A stretch of 64,000 nucleotides of DNA from assembly GCA_951406725.2 (NCBI GenBank), contig OX597836.1, positions 48,050,001 to 48,114,000 on the forward strand, read 5' to 3'. This DNA is from Octopus vulgaris (taxonomy: Eukaryota). The notes under the pieces were generated by a model, which saw only the letters and a program-made list of their open reading frames with translations, did not search any database and was not told the DNA's origin. This document shows positions 40,106-54,016 of this stretch, piece after piece. How positions within the stretch are numbered: position 1 is the first letter of the stretch; every line of letters begins with the position of its first letter. The position numbers were made by a program, and so were the translations under genes.

Positions 40106-40319
40106 ATACATATATATATTTATTTATTTATTTTTATATATACATTTTCTGGATTTTATAGTGTTAATTATCCATCATAGCTAATCTAATCAATGCATTT
40201 TGCATAACCCTGATCAATAATTAACACTATAAAATTCAGACAATATACCCACTTTACTAACAGCTATACGAGTGCATCTTCTCCCGCATTTATGGTCTCT
40301 TAGACAACTCATGTAGTGT

Positions 40320-40540
40320 ATATATATATGTGTGTGTGTCTTTGAGTCAGTGTTTGACCCACTACTTGACAACCGGTGGTGGTGTGTTTACGTCCTCGTA
40401 ACTAGAGGCTTGACAAAAGAAACCGATAGAATAAGTACCAGGCTTTAAAAAAATTAGTCGTGGGGTCGATTCATTGGACTAAAAATTCTTCAAGGCGGTG
40501 CCCCAGCATGGCCGCAGTCTAATGATTGAAACAAGTGAAA
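40320..40540 (+). mobile_element. SINE family A 3' half
   Basis: cttgacaaccgg...gatagaataagtacc...cagcatggccgcagtc. Confidence 0.8.
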
Positions 40541-40709
40541 GACATATGTATGCATGCTGTCCGCTATTTTTAAATATTTGAAATCTTGCTGTGAAGAAGG
40601 AACTGGTTTCTACCAAAGATACAAAGTTCCATTGCTGGAATGCAGTCAACGAAAACAAATTCAAATTCTGAACTTAAGAAAAGCCTTGCAGTTTTATTGT
40701 TCCGCTTAC

Positions 40710-41036
40710 TGATCGTAAGCGTAATGTGCGAAGTATATATGTCTGTCTAAATTTCGGCCACTTTCAATTTATCCTTTAAGGAAAATTCTTATCACTTCTA
40801 AGTAAAGTGAAACGGGACGTAACTCTGTAATAGAGTGCGGCGGTGGCGGCGGCGGGTTGGACTCCACATTGGTAGTTATGGCGATCGTACGAAACTACGG
40901 CAAATTCCAAATGGTGTATACAAAGGAAACTATAAAATAGAAAACATAAAATTCAAGTGATTTTGTTGAAAATAAAAACTGTGAGAGGAAACCTCTTGTA
41001 AGGGAAAATACTGAAGACATACTTTCAGGTTAACAC

Positions 41037-41073
<37 letters not shown>

Positions 41074-41222
41074 CATAATAAACATTAGATGTCTGCGTAT
41101 AGCTTATTGGATAGATGAGGAAATTTTTGATACGAAACTACCGGAGAATATACAGGAAATCCAGAAAAAAAGGGGGGAAACGTTACTTATTTTGTAATTT
41201 ACCTTTGAATGATCCGCGACAT
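40710..41222 (-). other. Candidate divergent spliced transcript (exons at least 41222-41203 and 40929-40710)
   Basis: Minus strand: ATGTCGCGGATCATTCAAAG|gtaaat; acceptor gttttctattttatag|; donor |gtaagc after 40710; the spliced frame is open for 57 codons. Confidence 0.35.
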
Positions 41223-41249
41223 ATTAGTTGTTATTAGTGATTATTAAAC

Positions 41250-41455
41250 TATCTCCTTTCCTGCATTGGTCTTTCCTAACACTTTTTTATTTTTACATTT
41301 CTCAATCTCTAAATTAATTGTAGTATTTCTGCTCTTCCATAGATTTCTCTTTCCTTGCCTAACCTTCAATCAATATGGCGACCGTCGACCGTCTCGACGT
41401 CTGAATCAGTCTTCATTAAAGGTACAACAGTTCTAACGGTGAAAATTAATTCAAG
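41250..41455 (+). promoter_or_regulatory. Putative core promoter / 5'UTR of the RS-rich gene
   Basis: Pyrimidine tract ttctctttcc (TCT-initiator-like) at about 41345-41354, YY1-like aatatggcg at 41372-41380, local CpG enrichment. Confidence 0.4.
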
Positions 41456-41502
41456 ATGCCACTACCGAAAAGAAGATCTCCTGGACACAGAAAGGATCGG
41501 AG
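41456..41502 (+). CDS. RS-rich BCLAF1/THRAP3-like protein, coding exon 1 (MPLPKRRSPGHRKDR)
   Basis: aagATG with purine at -3; donor ag|gtaaat; phase 2 joins in frame to 47289. Confidence 0.7.
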
Positions 41503-42236
41503 GTAAATATTTCTATTTATGATTTTTGCCTTCATAATATTATCGGAAGCAAAACTTATACAAAACAAAATTTAGCGGTTTCGATTCAGACAGAAAGCTT
41601 CCTCTTTCTTCTTTCTTTCATTATTATTATTATTAATTATTTCAATTCTCGAAAGTAAAACTCATCATATAGCACAAACTGATTGTAAATTATATGCAAG
41701 GAAATAAAAATTAATAGCATTCCAAGAATAGAAATCAATGTCATTTCAAGAATAGAAGAGGAGAAAAACCTAATATTAGTGACATATTCACACACTATTT
41801 GATCGGAATTGTGTCCTAAAGGTGTATTATATATGAAACAAATTATTTTTTATTATTAGTAATTGGACCAGCATTCTTTCAAATGAATTTTAGTGTAACA
41901 TTTTCTTAAACCATCCTAAAAATGTCAATTGTGTATTAAAGGTCTGTTGCTGCCGACCTTTCGAAGTGATCGCTTTTTTTTTCCTATTAAGATCTCAAGA
42001 GATAATTTCAAGGATTTTTATTTTCGCTAAAATATGTCTGGTCAAATTTTAAGAAGCAGTTATGAAATCTCCTTATTTTTATTCAATATTCAACCACGAA
42101 TAATATGTTTAAGATATGAGTGAACGTTACTACTCGCGCTTTCAGTTTTCGGTAATATGGTAAAAGCGACCTGTCCTCACACGAAAACCTCTCTTCTTCA
42201 TCATCGTGCAGTGTGTATGTACGTGTTTGCATATAT

Positions 42237-42312
<76 letters not shown>

Positions 42313-43174
42313 CGCGCGCACACACTGGTTAAACTGCCATTGCAAATCGCCAAAAAAAGAAAAAACAAGTGTCATTCAAATTTCTCTCTTTCTGAATCAC
42401 AATTTTCCTCTTCAGAAATTTTGTTCATCGCTGCTTTACCATGAAATTGGTTAATGATCAGATTTATTTATTTACTGTGTCGGAATTAAATTCATTGATG
42501 CCATGTGAAAATTTAGCCTAGCCATTGTAGTAATAATGAAAATAATGTTATAGTAAAATCGACGTAGTTTTGAAATAAGTTCTTCTTTGGAAACGAAGTT
42601 AGAGGCAAAAGTGTTAAAAAAGGAAAACTGAAATTTTGGAAAACATTTTTATTATTCGACTTATAATGCCCGATGTATGATGCAGGAATAGGAATATTTG
42701 AAAGAAGAAGAAAAAAAAAACCTCTTTTCCCATGTGGCTTTGGATTTTGAAGGACAGCTATTCCCCGAATCCGCCCTTTTATTCATTTTAAGAATAAGTA
42801 AATTTGGGCGGTTTTAATATAATGCTTTCTTATGTAATTATAACTTCATTAGTTAATCGACATTATTTACTTTGAAGTCACCGCATGTAGAGAATTGATG
42901 ATACCTGGAAATGTGCCAGTTACACTTAATCCCTACGCTAACACCTTTATATCCCGAGTACCTCTCGCTGGTTGGCGCAACGGTGTTGTGAAATATACAT
43001 TTTGTTTGTGTAACACACACACAATGTAGGTAGGGTAAAATCCAAGCTGTGTCCTCAAGAAGCCCACGTACTTATTCCAGTATTACAACCCGGTGTGTAG
43101 TTGTATTTATGTGAAGTACATATTGAAGTTGAAGATTCTGCAGAGTTATTATACATCAAAATAGTTTCGATATA

Positions 43175-43206
<32 letters not shown>

Positions 43207-44109
43207 ATTATAAGTGAAATATGGCGTCGCTTTCTTTGGACGTATTTCTTCAGCTCTGCAGCAAAATTGATTCAAACAGATGAAGTTGGTGTGATTGAAC
43301 TGTAAATAAATGTAAGCAAAGCATAAATATTAGTTGAGGTAAGGCTGTTATCGGAAAACCTCAGGAGAAGGTTTTTATCAACAGTCAAACGCGCACACAC
43401 ACACACACAACAGGTTCGTGGCGACTCCGGATCAAAACTTTGGTTTTTACATTCGTTTCCATTGTTTTCAGGTTGCACTTAAAATGTATGTTTGACCTGT
43501 CAGAAATTTGCTATTGTTTTAGTTTAAACACACACACATGTTAAAATTATTTAACTATGGTTGTAGTTGAATAATATTCTTAAGGCTGCAATTTACTCAC
43601 CTGCAGCATCTTCAGAGCTTGTCGCTAATTCAGTTCTTAACCAAATTGAAAACTGTTTTTGAAGAGTACTGGTCCCTAGCTATATTTTGGCATTAAAAAA
43701 GTGAGATTTGATCCAGTAGAAAAAATTTTACATCAAAATTTGTAGCAACATTATAAGTGAGTAAGTAATGCCATCAATCAAGTTTAGATCTAAATAACTT
43801 TTTTTAAATTTTAAAAGCAAAATATATTTATCTTAGCTTCAATGCTAGAAGAAAGCATGAAGAATTTCATAGTTTTGGTCTCATGCAACAAAAATTTGTA
43901 TCAAAAAAGTTGTGAGGTAAAATATGAAAAAGAAATATAAAGCAAAAAATCGGATTTAAGTATAATTAACTTTTTTTAATTTTAAAAACAAATTATATTT
44001 TAATTAAGCTTAAATGATAGAGCTCAATTCGAGAAGTTTCATGGTATCAGTCTCATGCAATGAAGTTTAAAAAGAAAAGAGTTATGAGTGTTTGTTTCTC
44101 AAATTTGAG

Positions 44110-44900
44110 TGTGATTGAAAGAGAATCGTGATGTCATAGGAGAGAAATGTGTCCGCATGGAAGATGCTTCACCTGCATTAAACGAGGCTGCAAAAAGAGA
44201 GTTTTGGAGACACCACTATGGAAGGTTGCTAAATAAAGAGAATGAACGGGAGAAAGAGAGTCTGCTGAATGCCAACCCAACAGAGGGACCAGCTATCCGA
44301 ATTAACAGTACCTTGATAGATAAAGCAATTAAGGGTATGAAGACAGGATAAGCCCCCAGCCCATCAGGAATCACCGCAGCAATGCTCAAAATATCTGGCA
44401 GTGTCGGCTATAGTCCAGTCACCCGTATAGTTAACCAGATGGTACATGAAGGAGTCGTACCCAATGACTGGTGTAGCAGCACCATAGTCACCTGCTACAA
44501 AGGTAAAGGTGATGCTTTAGATACAAATTACAGAGGTATCAAGTTGTTGGATCAGGTAATGAAGGTCACAGAGAGGGTCATAGCCCAACTAATTAGGGAG
44601 AGGATCAGTGTAGATGAGATGCAGTTTGGTTCCACTGATGCTATATTTCTGGTAAGACAGCTGCAGGAGAAATACCTAGCCAAAGATAAACCTCTGTACC
44701 TGGCTTTCGTTGACATGGAGAAAGCCTTTTGACAGGGTCCCCAATCCCTTCTCTCGTAGTCAGTGAGGAAACTAGGGATAGATGAATGGTTAGTGAGAAC
44801 TGTGCAAGCCATGTACAAGGATGCTGTCAGTAAGGTGAGGGTTGGCAACGAGTACAGTGAAGAATTCCATGTAGGGTTAGGGGTCCACCAAGGACCCCAC
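44110..44900 (+). pseudogene. RTE LINE RT fragment
   Basis: VPNDWCSSTIV...NYRGIKLLDQVMKV...DMEKAF; homologous to 38350-38745; an RTE tail follows at about 45170-45330. Confidence 0.9.
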
Positions 44901-46269
44901 CCCTCAGCCACTCCAATTTCTCTCGCTACACTCATCTCTTCCCCATTCCTAAACATTTCCCCTCACACTCTTATGGAACACCCACCTCTGTTCCCTCTCT
45001 ACCACTTATACTCCCCCTACACTGTTTCACCATCCATATCTCTCTCTCTCCTCTCCCTACTATGGTAGCCAAGTATCTTCTCTGCTGTATGACACCTATC
45101 TCTATCCGGCCATCATACGTTAACCTCTCAGCTGACACTAAGCCATCTCTCTTGGTGCCACATGGGAAAAAAAAGCACCCAATGCAGCCTGTAAAGTGGT
45201 TGGCATTAGGAAGGACATCCAGCCACAGAAACTATGTCAAAGCAGACAGTGGAGCCTGGTGCAGCTCTCTGGTTTGCCTAACCCCTATCAAACCGTCCAA
45301 CCCTTTCCAACATGAAGACGGGCATTAGATGGTGGCGGTGAGGAGGAGGAAGACATTTGTTCTTCATTATCTGAATGGATGCCTCTAATGATGGTCCCAT
45401 CATTGCATGAAGCTTGCAAGGTCGAAAGCTTCAAGACTCTGCTTACTGCAATATAAAAAGGAGATGTGTGCAGTAATTTGCAGCTGCAAGATTTTTAGAA
45501 CGGTTGGCACCAAACTTCAATACTGGGAACTATGCAGATCTGCCAACTAAATTTCACCCCTAACACTAAGTGTCCAAATTTTTACTCTCTCCATTCAACT
45601 TGTTTTAAAAACCAGAAAAGGAAAAGAACCACGACTTGCAATTCTGGTTTGGTCGTATGTACCGTGCTTTCATTAATTGCTTCAGGTACCTAACTAGTTG
45701 TGAGCAGGTATAGATATTCTTTCTGCCCTCCTCCTCCTTGACCCAGTAGAATATGTAGAATGTGACAGTGGAGAGGAGGAAGGGTTGCACCTGCTTGAGC
45801 TGGTACTTATTTTGGGCTGAGTAAACTGGAGCAACATGAAATGAAATGCCTTGCTTAAGAACACAGTGTACTGTAAAAGCCAGGAATTGAACCCACATTC
45901 TGTATCATCATGAGCCCAACACATGCCAGGCTAAACCACAGCTGTTAAATATCTTCATAAAATTGAGCATTCTGCAGACTGTTGATGCTAGTAAGTTCAA
46001 ACAACGGTCAGGCATTTTGATGAAGTAAAATCCCAAATGAATCTATTTCACAGCCACAAATGCACGATGAGCGACTGCATCAAACTGCCTCATCCACCAA
46101 ATACCGAGGTGAGAGCGAAGTATTTTGCAACATGGATGGCTGTATGACTACAGCCCACTAGCCAGAGCTAGAGGAACAGAAAGATAACACACATAGGTAT
46201 ACGAGTCAGTTGTTGTTGCTGCTGTTCCTTCTCAAAATGCTTATCATGTTAATGTAATATAGCGCCAAC

Positions 46270-46488
46270 GAGGGCAGCGAGTAGGCAGAATTTTTGGCAC
46301 ACTTGGCAACATGCCTAGTGGCATTTCATCCATCTTAACGTTCTGAGTTCAAATGCCACCTTGGTCGATTTTGCTCTTTCATTCTTTCAGAGCCAACAAA
46401 ATAGGTATTAGGTGAGGGCTGGGGGTTGATGTAATCGATTTAGGCCTTCCCCCAAAATTGCTGGCCTTGTGCCAAAATTTGAAACCAA
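46270..46488 (+). mobile_element. SINE family B
   Basis: gttctgagttcaaatg...aaattgctggccttgtgccaaaatttgaaacc. Confidence 0.8.
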
Positions 46489-46845
46489 TGCTAACATAGA
46501 AAAACTTGTTAATACAATAATTATGATGACTCACTGGATCCGTGGAGTAGGCAACCTCTGATAGAATTCTTATTAAAGTTTATATTTAAGAAATAATTTC
46601 CATTCTTATGAAAACACTGAAAGCATTATTTGAATGCAGAGCGTGGAAGGCAAGAATGCTTTGAAGTGGGTAAGTTACTTTAGGATAAATTCTTGTAGTT
46701 TTTTGGTGAAAAATCGTTCATGATGAAGTTTGATTAATTTCTGTTCAACCATCATCTTTGTCATTAAGAGCTGTTTGCGATCAAATGTAAAGCAACGATT
46801 GACTTGCTTTGTTGAAGACGAATGCAGTGATTTGATATTAATATA

Positions 46846-47232
46846 TAGGCCCAGCCACGGCTGTGTGGTAAGAAGCTTGCTTCCCAACCACATGGTTCCG
46901 GGTTCAGTCCCACTGTGTGGCACTTTGGGCGAGTGTCTTCTGCTATTGCCTCAGGTCGACCAAAGCTTTGTGAGTAGATTTGGTAGACAGAACCTGAAAG
47001 AAGCCCGTCGTATATATGTATATATGTGTGTGTGTGTGTGTCTTCCCCCTCCACCACTTGATAACTGGTGTTGTTGTGTAACTTAGCAGTTTGGCAAAAG
47101 AGACAGATATAATAAGTACTAGATTTAAAAAAAAAAAACATAACTGGGATTGATTCATTTGACAAAGACTTCTAGGCAGTGCACCAGCATGGCCACAGTC
47201 TAATAAGGGAAACGTAAAAAGATAAGAGATAA
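46846..47232 (+). mobile_element. SINE family A
   Basis: Homology to family A; ends about 60 bp upstream of the exon 2 acceptor. Confidence 0.88.
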
Positions 47233-47288
47233 AAGATAGTAATGTTAATTGTGTTGAATATTAATTTTTTTTCTTTCTTTCTTTTCAG

Positions 47289-47606
47289 AGATAGATCTCC
47301 TCCTCCCTCCAAGTCTCTCTCTCTCTACCATCGCAAAGAGAGCCACCATCACACTGACACATACCTTCCGTATAGCCATGTTAGTCATTATCGGTCCAGC
47401 GCTACAACAAGGGTGGAACGCCATTCAAGGTCGCCAATTTCACACATGACCTCTGCTCACAGCCCAAACCGTACATTGTCTGTATCCCGGCGACATAGAT
47501 ATTCTCCACCTTCTCATCACGACAGCTACAGCCGTCGGGATCATTCTAGGAAAGGTTTCAGCCCAATTTCAAGACGTAGTCCTGTTAATATGAAGCGACG
47601 ATCCAA
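47289..47606 (+). CDS. RS-rich BCLAF1/THRAP3-like protein, coding exon 2
   Basis: Acceptor tttcttttcag|, donor aa|gtaagc, 318 nt, phase 2-2; DRSPPP...HSRSP...RYSPP...RRSP. Confidence 0.85.
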
Positions 47607-47998
47607 GTAAGCTTTATAAATTCATTCTATAATTTGCATTTATTTGTTTTGTTTTTACCATGAATATTAATGAATTAAGGCTGTATTAAACAAAACATAC
47701 ACGCAACTATATACAAAAAAAACCCATCTTAGATATGAACTTTTGCGTAAGCATTAAATTAATTATTCAGGTGATCATGATGCTTATCACCATCATCGTC
47801 ATCATTTTCGTGTCCATTTTTCCTTGCTTGTGTTGGCAGACGGTTTATTAAAGCAGATTTTCTATAGCCGGATGCTCTTTTGCAGAATATTGGAAATGGA
47901 ATGCTAGCCATTTACAACAGCCTCACGACTTCAAGACAAGAAGACATATGCTCACACACACACACACACACATATGTACATATGTGTGTGTGTATGTA

Positions 47999-48330
47999 TC
48001 TATATATATAAAACTGAGAATGTGTGTCTGTCTGTCTGTCTGTGTGAATCCCTAAAACTTGAGAACTACACAACCAATTTCATTCAAATTTTACTCATGC
48101 CTTACATGGAGTGCCGTGGGCAAAAAAAAATTTTAACTTCTTGCCTAGGGCGAGCCCATAGCAATATCATATCTTCTCCACTATTTCAGTATTACATGTC
48201 AAAAGTGAAACAAAAACATCTCTCTATTGTAATGTCAAATGCTTTCACTTTAATACTGAAACTATTAAAGTGAAACTATTATATAAGTGGCATGAACTAA
48301 AAGCGGACATTCTTCTTATATGTATGTAAT
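47999..48330 (+). mobile_element. Helitron-like 5' fragment
   Basis: a|tctatatatataaaactgag...(tgtc)n start typical of non-autonomous Helitrons; 3' end not found. Confidence 0.5.
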
Positions 48331-48441
48331 ATAAATTTTTCTGAAACTTCAGACTTTTCAATATGCTACACCACTGATTTTAAATTGATATTAATCAAAT
48401 TAATATTCAATTTTTCACCCTTTTTATTTTAAATTTACATT

Positions 48442-49015
<574 letters not shown>

Positions 49016-49022
<7 letters not shown>

Positions 49023-49873
49023 GCAAGATTTTTCATGTGAAGTCGTGTGTTGAAACAGATATTGTTATATTTTGGAATGGTCATTTTGCCAGTTTAGCCA
49101 ATAAAAACACACGCACTATATATTTGGTGTTATTTTGCTTCAGTGTTATTTATTTTTTACATTAATCTTAATCTTATTTCGGCCAGAGTTCTTTCGTCAC
49201 ACTCCTGTGGTCCTTTGTTTTCTTCTTTCTTATTTGTGTCTCTCCTTACTAACCGTCAGCCATTTTGTATTTCTATTGTATGTCTTCTTTTGCGCATGCT
49301 TATATCTCTATGTGCGTCTATGTTTATTCAGTGTGTGTGTGGGGGTGGGGGTGGAATGCCTGTAATATTTGTATCTTCTGTTTATATACGTTTATGTAAG
49401 TTGTTTTTGTTGTTGCTTTTTGTGTTTACATCCACTTATTATTATTATCATTACGTATGCTTGTATGTATAACAACAATACTAGTAATAATAATAATAAA
49501 TCCAAAAAATCTTTTAAATTAAACAAAAAAAAAATTAAAAAACTATTTATCTGTGTATTTTATTTATTATGTTTTATGTTTTCGGTTTTGTTTATATATT
49601 GTAACCAGTTTATTGGGATCCTCTACCGTCATATGTTGTGGTGTGTGCTAGTGTTCCGTTCTAGTTTCCTATTCAGGCTAGGTTTATTTTCTATTATGTG
49701 TACAGCTTCTGTAATTTGTCTGATTGTTGCATCTGTTCTATGTGTGGACAATATTTTAATTTCTATGTTGTTAATTGATCCCCCATGTTCCTGTTCGGCG
49801 TGTTGGTACAGAATTGATGAGCTTTTACCTTCCTTGAGTTGTCTCCAATGTTCATTTACCCGCTCTCCTATGC

Positions 49874-49876
<3 letters not shown>
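49016..49876 (-). mobile_element. Penelope-like element 3' fragment (C-terminal half of GIY-YIG)
   Basis: RSIGERVNEHWRQ...SILYQHAEQEH...RQITEAVHIIENKPSLN; similar to the 39557-40111 ORF; (TA)n on both sides. Confidence 0.85.
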
Positions 49877-49924
<48 letters not shown>

Positions 49925-49962
49925 TGTAATATGTACATATATATATATATATACACACACAC

Positions 49963-50126
49963 ATAGGTGCAGGTGTGGCTGTGTGGTAACAAACTTTGTT
50001 CCAAAACACATGGTCCTGGGTTCAGTCCCACTGTGTGGTGACTTAGCATGTGTCTTCTGCTATAGCCTCAGACCAACCAAAGCCTTGTCAGTGGATTTTG
50101 TAGACAGAAACTGAAAGAAATCAATC

Positions 50127-50174
<48 letters not shown>

Positions 50175-50297
50175 ATATGTAAGTCTATGTGTGTGTGTTT
50201 CTCCCTCATCACTGCTTCACAAATGCTGTTCGTATATTTTGAGCCCCATAACTTACTGGTTTCACAAGAAGAAACTGATAGAATAAGTACCAGGCTT
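49963..50297 (+). mobile_element. SINE family A, diverged
   Basis: aggtgtggctgtgtggtaa...ggttcagtcccactg...gatagaataagtacc. Confidence 0.8.
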
Positions 50298-50599
50298 ATC
50301 AAAATAAAAAATAAAAATCCACTAGGCAGTATCTCATATTTTTGTTTGCCCACACAATTTATCTTTGTGTGTGTGTATATACACACACATATATATATAT
50401 ATGCATTTCATAGACTGAAACTTAAAGAAATCAATCGTATATATATGTATGTATATATCTAAGTGTATGTGTGTGATAATAAAAACACTGAAAGGAGGTC
50501 TGCAATCAAATAACTTTACTCAACACTTTGCAGTGGAATCAGTCAAACTTGGTGCATAAGAAAATCAGGCATTTTATTCTTTATGTCCTGATATGTGTA

Positions 50600-50880
50600 T
50601 ATCATCATCATTTAACTTTCGGCTTCCATGCTGGCATGGGTGGGGGGGCAGTTTGACAGGAGCCAGCCAGGCAGAAACCTGCACCAGACTTCTGTAACTG
50701 TTTTGGCAGGATTTTTACAGCTGGATGCCCTTCCTAACACCAACCACTCAGCAGAGAGGAATTAGTGCTTTTTATGTGGCACAAGCACAGGCGAGGTCAG
50801 TTTTGGCAAGGTTTTTACAACTGGATGCCCTTCTGAACACCAACCACGTTACAGTGTGGATTGGGTGCTTTTTAAGTGGT
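50600..50880 (-). mobile_element. RTE-type 3' tail with internal duplication
   Basis: ttccatgctggcatggg followed by two copies of ctggatgcccttc...caaccac. Confidence 0.75.
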
Positions 50881-51899
50881 TAACCAATTTGAAGGAAGTG
50901 CTGGAGGAGAGAGAGAGAGCGGGAAACAGCAGGATAGAGATGGTGACAAAGTGCCAGGCATACTCACAAGGAATAGGGATCGGAATATAAATGGGATGGT
51001 TGAGAAAAGGAAGAGAGAGATAAAGATGGTGGCAAGTGCCAGGGCATACCATTGAGGTTCGAAGGTTATAATTATAAGTGCAAAGATACTGTGAAGAATC
51101 ACGATTAAAGAGTGCTGGGCGGGGGAGGAAACTTGGGTATATATAGTTGGAGGGGGGGTGTTACTGAATAGCAATGATACAGAAAAACAGGGCCGTGAGG
51201 ACAGGATTGGGGAGTGAGAGCTAGGCATACTGAATGAAGGAGGGAATGTGAGGAAGAGAAGAGATGTGGAGATGTAGATTGGTTTGTTGGGGTAGGATGA
51301 GTGGAAAGTTTTCTTGTTATGTGTGGGTGGAACACACAGGCCAGGGGCCAGCAGATAGCAATAATACAGTGAGACGGGGTGTGTGGGTGGAACACATAGG
51401 TCGGGGGCTAGTGGAGAGCAATGATACAGTGGGATAGAGCCAAGAGGACATGATTGCGGGGTGGGAGGTAAGCACAGTGCATGAAGGAGGAAATGTGAGG
51501 AAGAGAAGAAATGTAGAGATGTAGTTTGGGTTGTTGTGGTAGAATGTATGAGAAGTTTTCTTAAGTGTGGGTGGGACACACAGCGCTTCTTGAACTTAGT
51601 TTCACTGACATGTTTTAATGCTAGCATATGAGGAATGGGTTGGCCTGGGGTTACGTTAGAAGGTAGCTGCCCAATGTGGGACTGAACATCAGACCATTAG
51701 GTTGGGAAGCAAGTTACTCAACCACACAGCCATACCTGCACAACGGACTGGACAGGAGTTTTTGAGCAAAACAAGTCATCTTTTGTGACACGTATGGATA
51801 TGGTAGACTTTTCTGGGTTACACATTCTGTGTGTGTGTGTGTGTGCATGCCAACCCATTATAATATTATAACAGTTATTGACATAATGAATTATTTAGA

Positions 51900-52700
51900 C
51901 ACATGAGAGCCAAGGAAGAAACGATCTGATTGTGGGAACTACAAGACTATGACAGCTAGGAATTTAAGGAATATTGGCCACAAGTTACGTGGGAAACCTG
52001 GACAAACAAGCAAGGCCATTTTCACTGCTTCCAGACTTCTTCATGTACTGAAAAACCACCTGAAACAGCCTCCTCACAGGAGTTTGAGATTCCAATGGGC
52101 CCAAATGTACATGACGTTAGACATGAGTTGTGTTCTGTTCTCTGGCGAAACCAGGGCGATCCTCAATCAACCTGACGGTTGTGCAAATGGTTGGGTTTAT
52201 CGTTGAGCTGAGCATCAATGACATGGTAGAGGAGTCATGTTGTGGGCTGGTATCATTGGAGACAGACTTGTTGGCCTGGTCAGGGTACCTGAAGAGGTTA
52301 AAGTGACCATAGCCACCAACTGCAATCTGCTGAAGGAGGTCTTGTAGATCCCTGGCGAGATGACATACTGCTGTCACTTCTAAGGAATCTCGTTTTCATG
52401 CATGACAATACTCTCTCCCACCCTGCTAAGACCACCCAAAAGTTCCTAGCATCTTACGGCATACAAGGTCAAAGGTTGATTGTGTGGGCGCTAGCATCTC
52501 CGGATCTGAACCTTATCGAAAATCTTTGGTCCATCATTAAACAAGATGTTTATGTCGATAGATGCCTATTTACGTCGAAAGATGTCTTATGGGCAACCAT
52601 CAAAGCTGCAGCAGAGGCAGTCCAACCTTCTATTCTTAAGAAATTGACAGATTCCATGACTAATAGGTTTTTGAAGTCATCCGTCGAAATGTGCATGTAC
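51900..52700 (+). pseudogene. Tc1-like (DD34E) transposase remnant
   Basis: VLFSGETR, HDNTLSHPAK, W...SPDLNLIENLWSIIK. Confidence 0.85.
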
Positions 52701-53109
52701 GTGTGTGCTTTAGTGTAGCCTTATCTTGACATTACATGATGGTTATAAGTGTGATTGTTGTTATTGTTAAAGGTTATTCCTCTATTGTAAAACAAACAAA
52801 AAAACACTAAAAAATTTCAAGAACAAAAGCTCTTTAATGCTCACACCACCTTTTGGCTTGATAAGTTACATTCTTAAAATTATAATTTTTTCAATTTCAT
52901 TATTGATTCATTAGTAATTGGAAAGGTTTCCCGCTTCAAAAACAATTGTGCAAACAAAGCCATTCCTCGTAAACAAAATTGTCAAACAACAATTATCAGT
53001 TTTATGGAATGTCTTTAGAGCTTCTTTAGTGTCATCAACATTAAAATACTTGTTTGATTCAACTTTTCCCTGTTAATGTCATAAACAGAAAAACAGCCAT
53101 TGTATTACA

Positions 53110-54016
53110 TTGGGTTGGCCAAAGAGTTTCCTTATGCTTTAGGCATATGACATCGCACTCCCCCCCTCCTCCTTTATTTTTTCTTTCCTTTGCACATTTT
53201 TACTCGTTAATTAACTGACACACTAACGTAGTTCAACATGAACTTATGATGAGACAGGTTGTATTTTGTGTGCTGGAGATCACTCTGAAAATGGAGAAGC
53301 AAAACAAACATTATTGGCATGTCATACTTTTTTATTTAAGAAAAAACAAGGTGGGGTTAAAAACCAGCAGACACCTGTAGAAAGATATGTGTTGTGTATG
53401 TCAGAGGTGCTTTTCTCTAGAGAATGGTGACAGAGAATGAAGAATGGATTGTCTATAACAATGTGAGGTGCAAACGACCATGGGAGAATCTTGGTGAACC
53501 ACCACAAGCAACCTCCAAAATTGGACTTTGATGGGGATTGGAAAAGTGTTGCCTTTTATGAGCTTCTTCTCATGAATAGGACCATTGATTTGGATGTGTA
53601 CTGTGACGAGTAGGACAAATTAAATGTAGTGATTCGCCAGAAGCATCCAGAACATGCTAATTGTTAGGGCATTGTCTTTCATGATCCTGTCAGGCTGCAC
53701 ACCTCTTTGCAAACGCTTCAGCCTCCATATTCATCTGACTTTGCACCTTCAGATTTCTACTTGTTTCAGTTTCTTCAAAATTCAGTGAATGGATAGACAT
53801 TCAGCTCTGAAGAAGATATAAGAATCCACCTGAAAGAGTTCTTTGCTAGTGAAGATGGAATTCTTTGAACAGAGAATAATGGATCTGCTCCCAATATTGC
53901 AGAAGATACTGAAGCTAGATGGCAATTATATCATTTATTGAATAAATAGCTTTGTGTTTAAAATTTGTTTCTTATTTATGCTTAAAAAACCAAATGGACG
54001 TTTTGGCCAACCCCAA
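53110..54016 (+). mobile_element. Internally deleted mariner element
   Basis: TIRs ttgggttggccaaa / tttggccaaccccaa; remnants GDREW, PPYSSDFAPSDFYLF. Confidence 0.85.

Noticed and set aside
40148-40240. Inverted repeat with arms of about 23 bp (ctggattttatagtgttaattat / ataattaacactataaaattcag)
   Set aside because: Real but short and AT-rich; most likely a MITE remnant with no further supporting signal
49170-49212. Possible hammerhead in the second Penelope fragment (minus strand gtgacgaa...ggccgaaata)
   Set aside because: No 3-8 pair and no convincing stem II
50872-51627. 251-aa minus-strand ORF
   Set aside because: Low-complexity CT-rich tandemly duplicated sequence with no domain motifs or splice support
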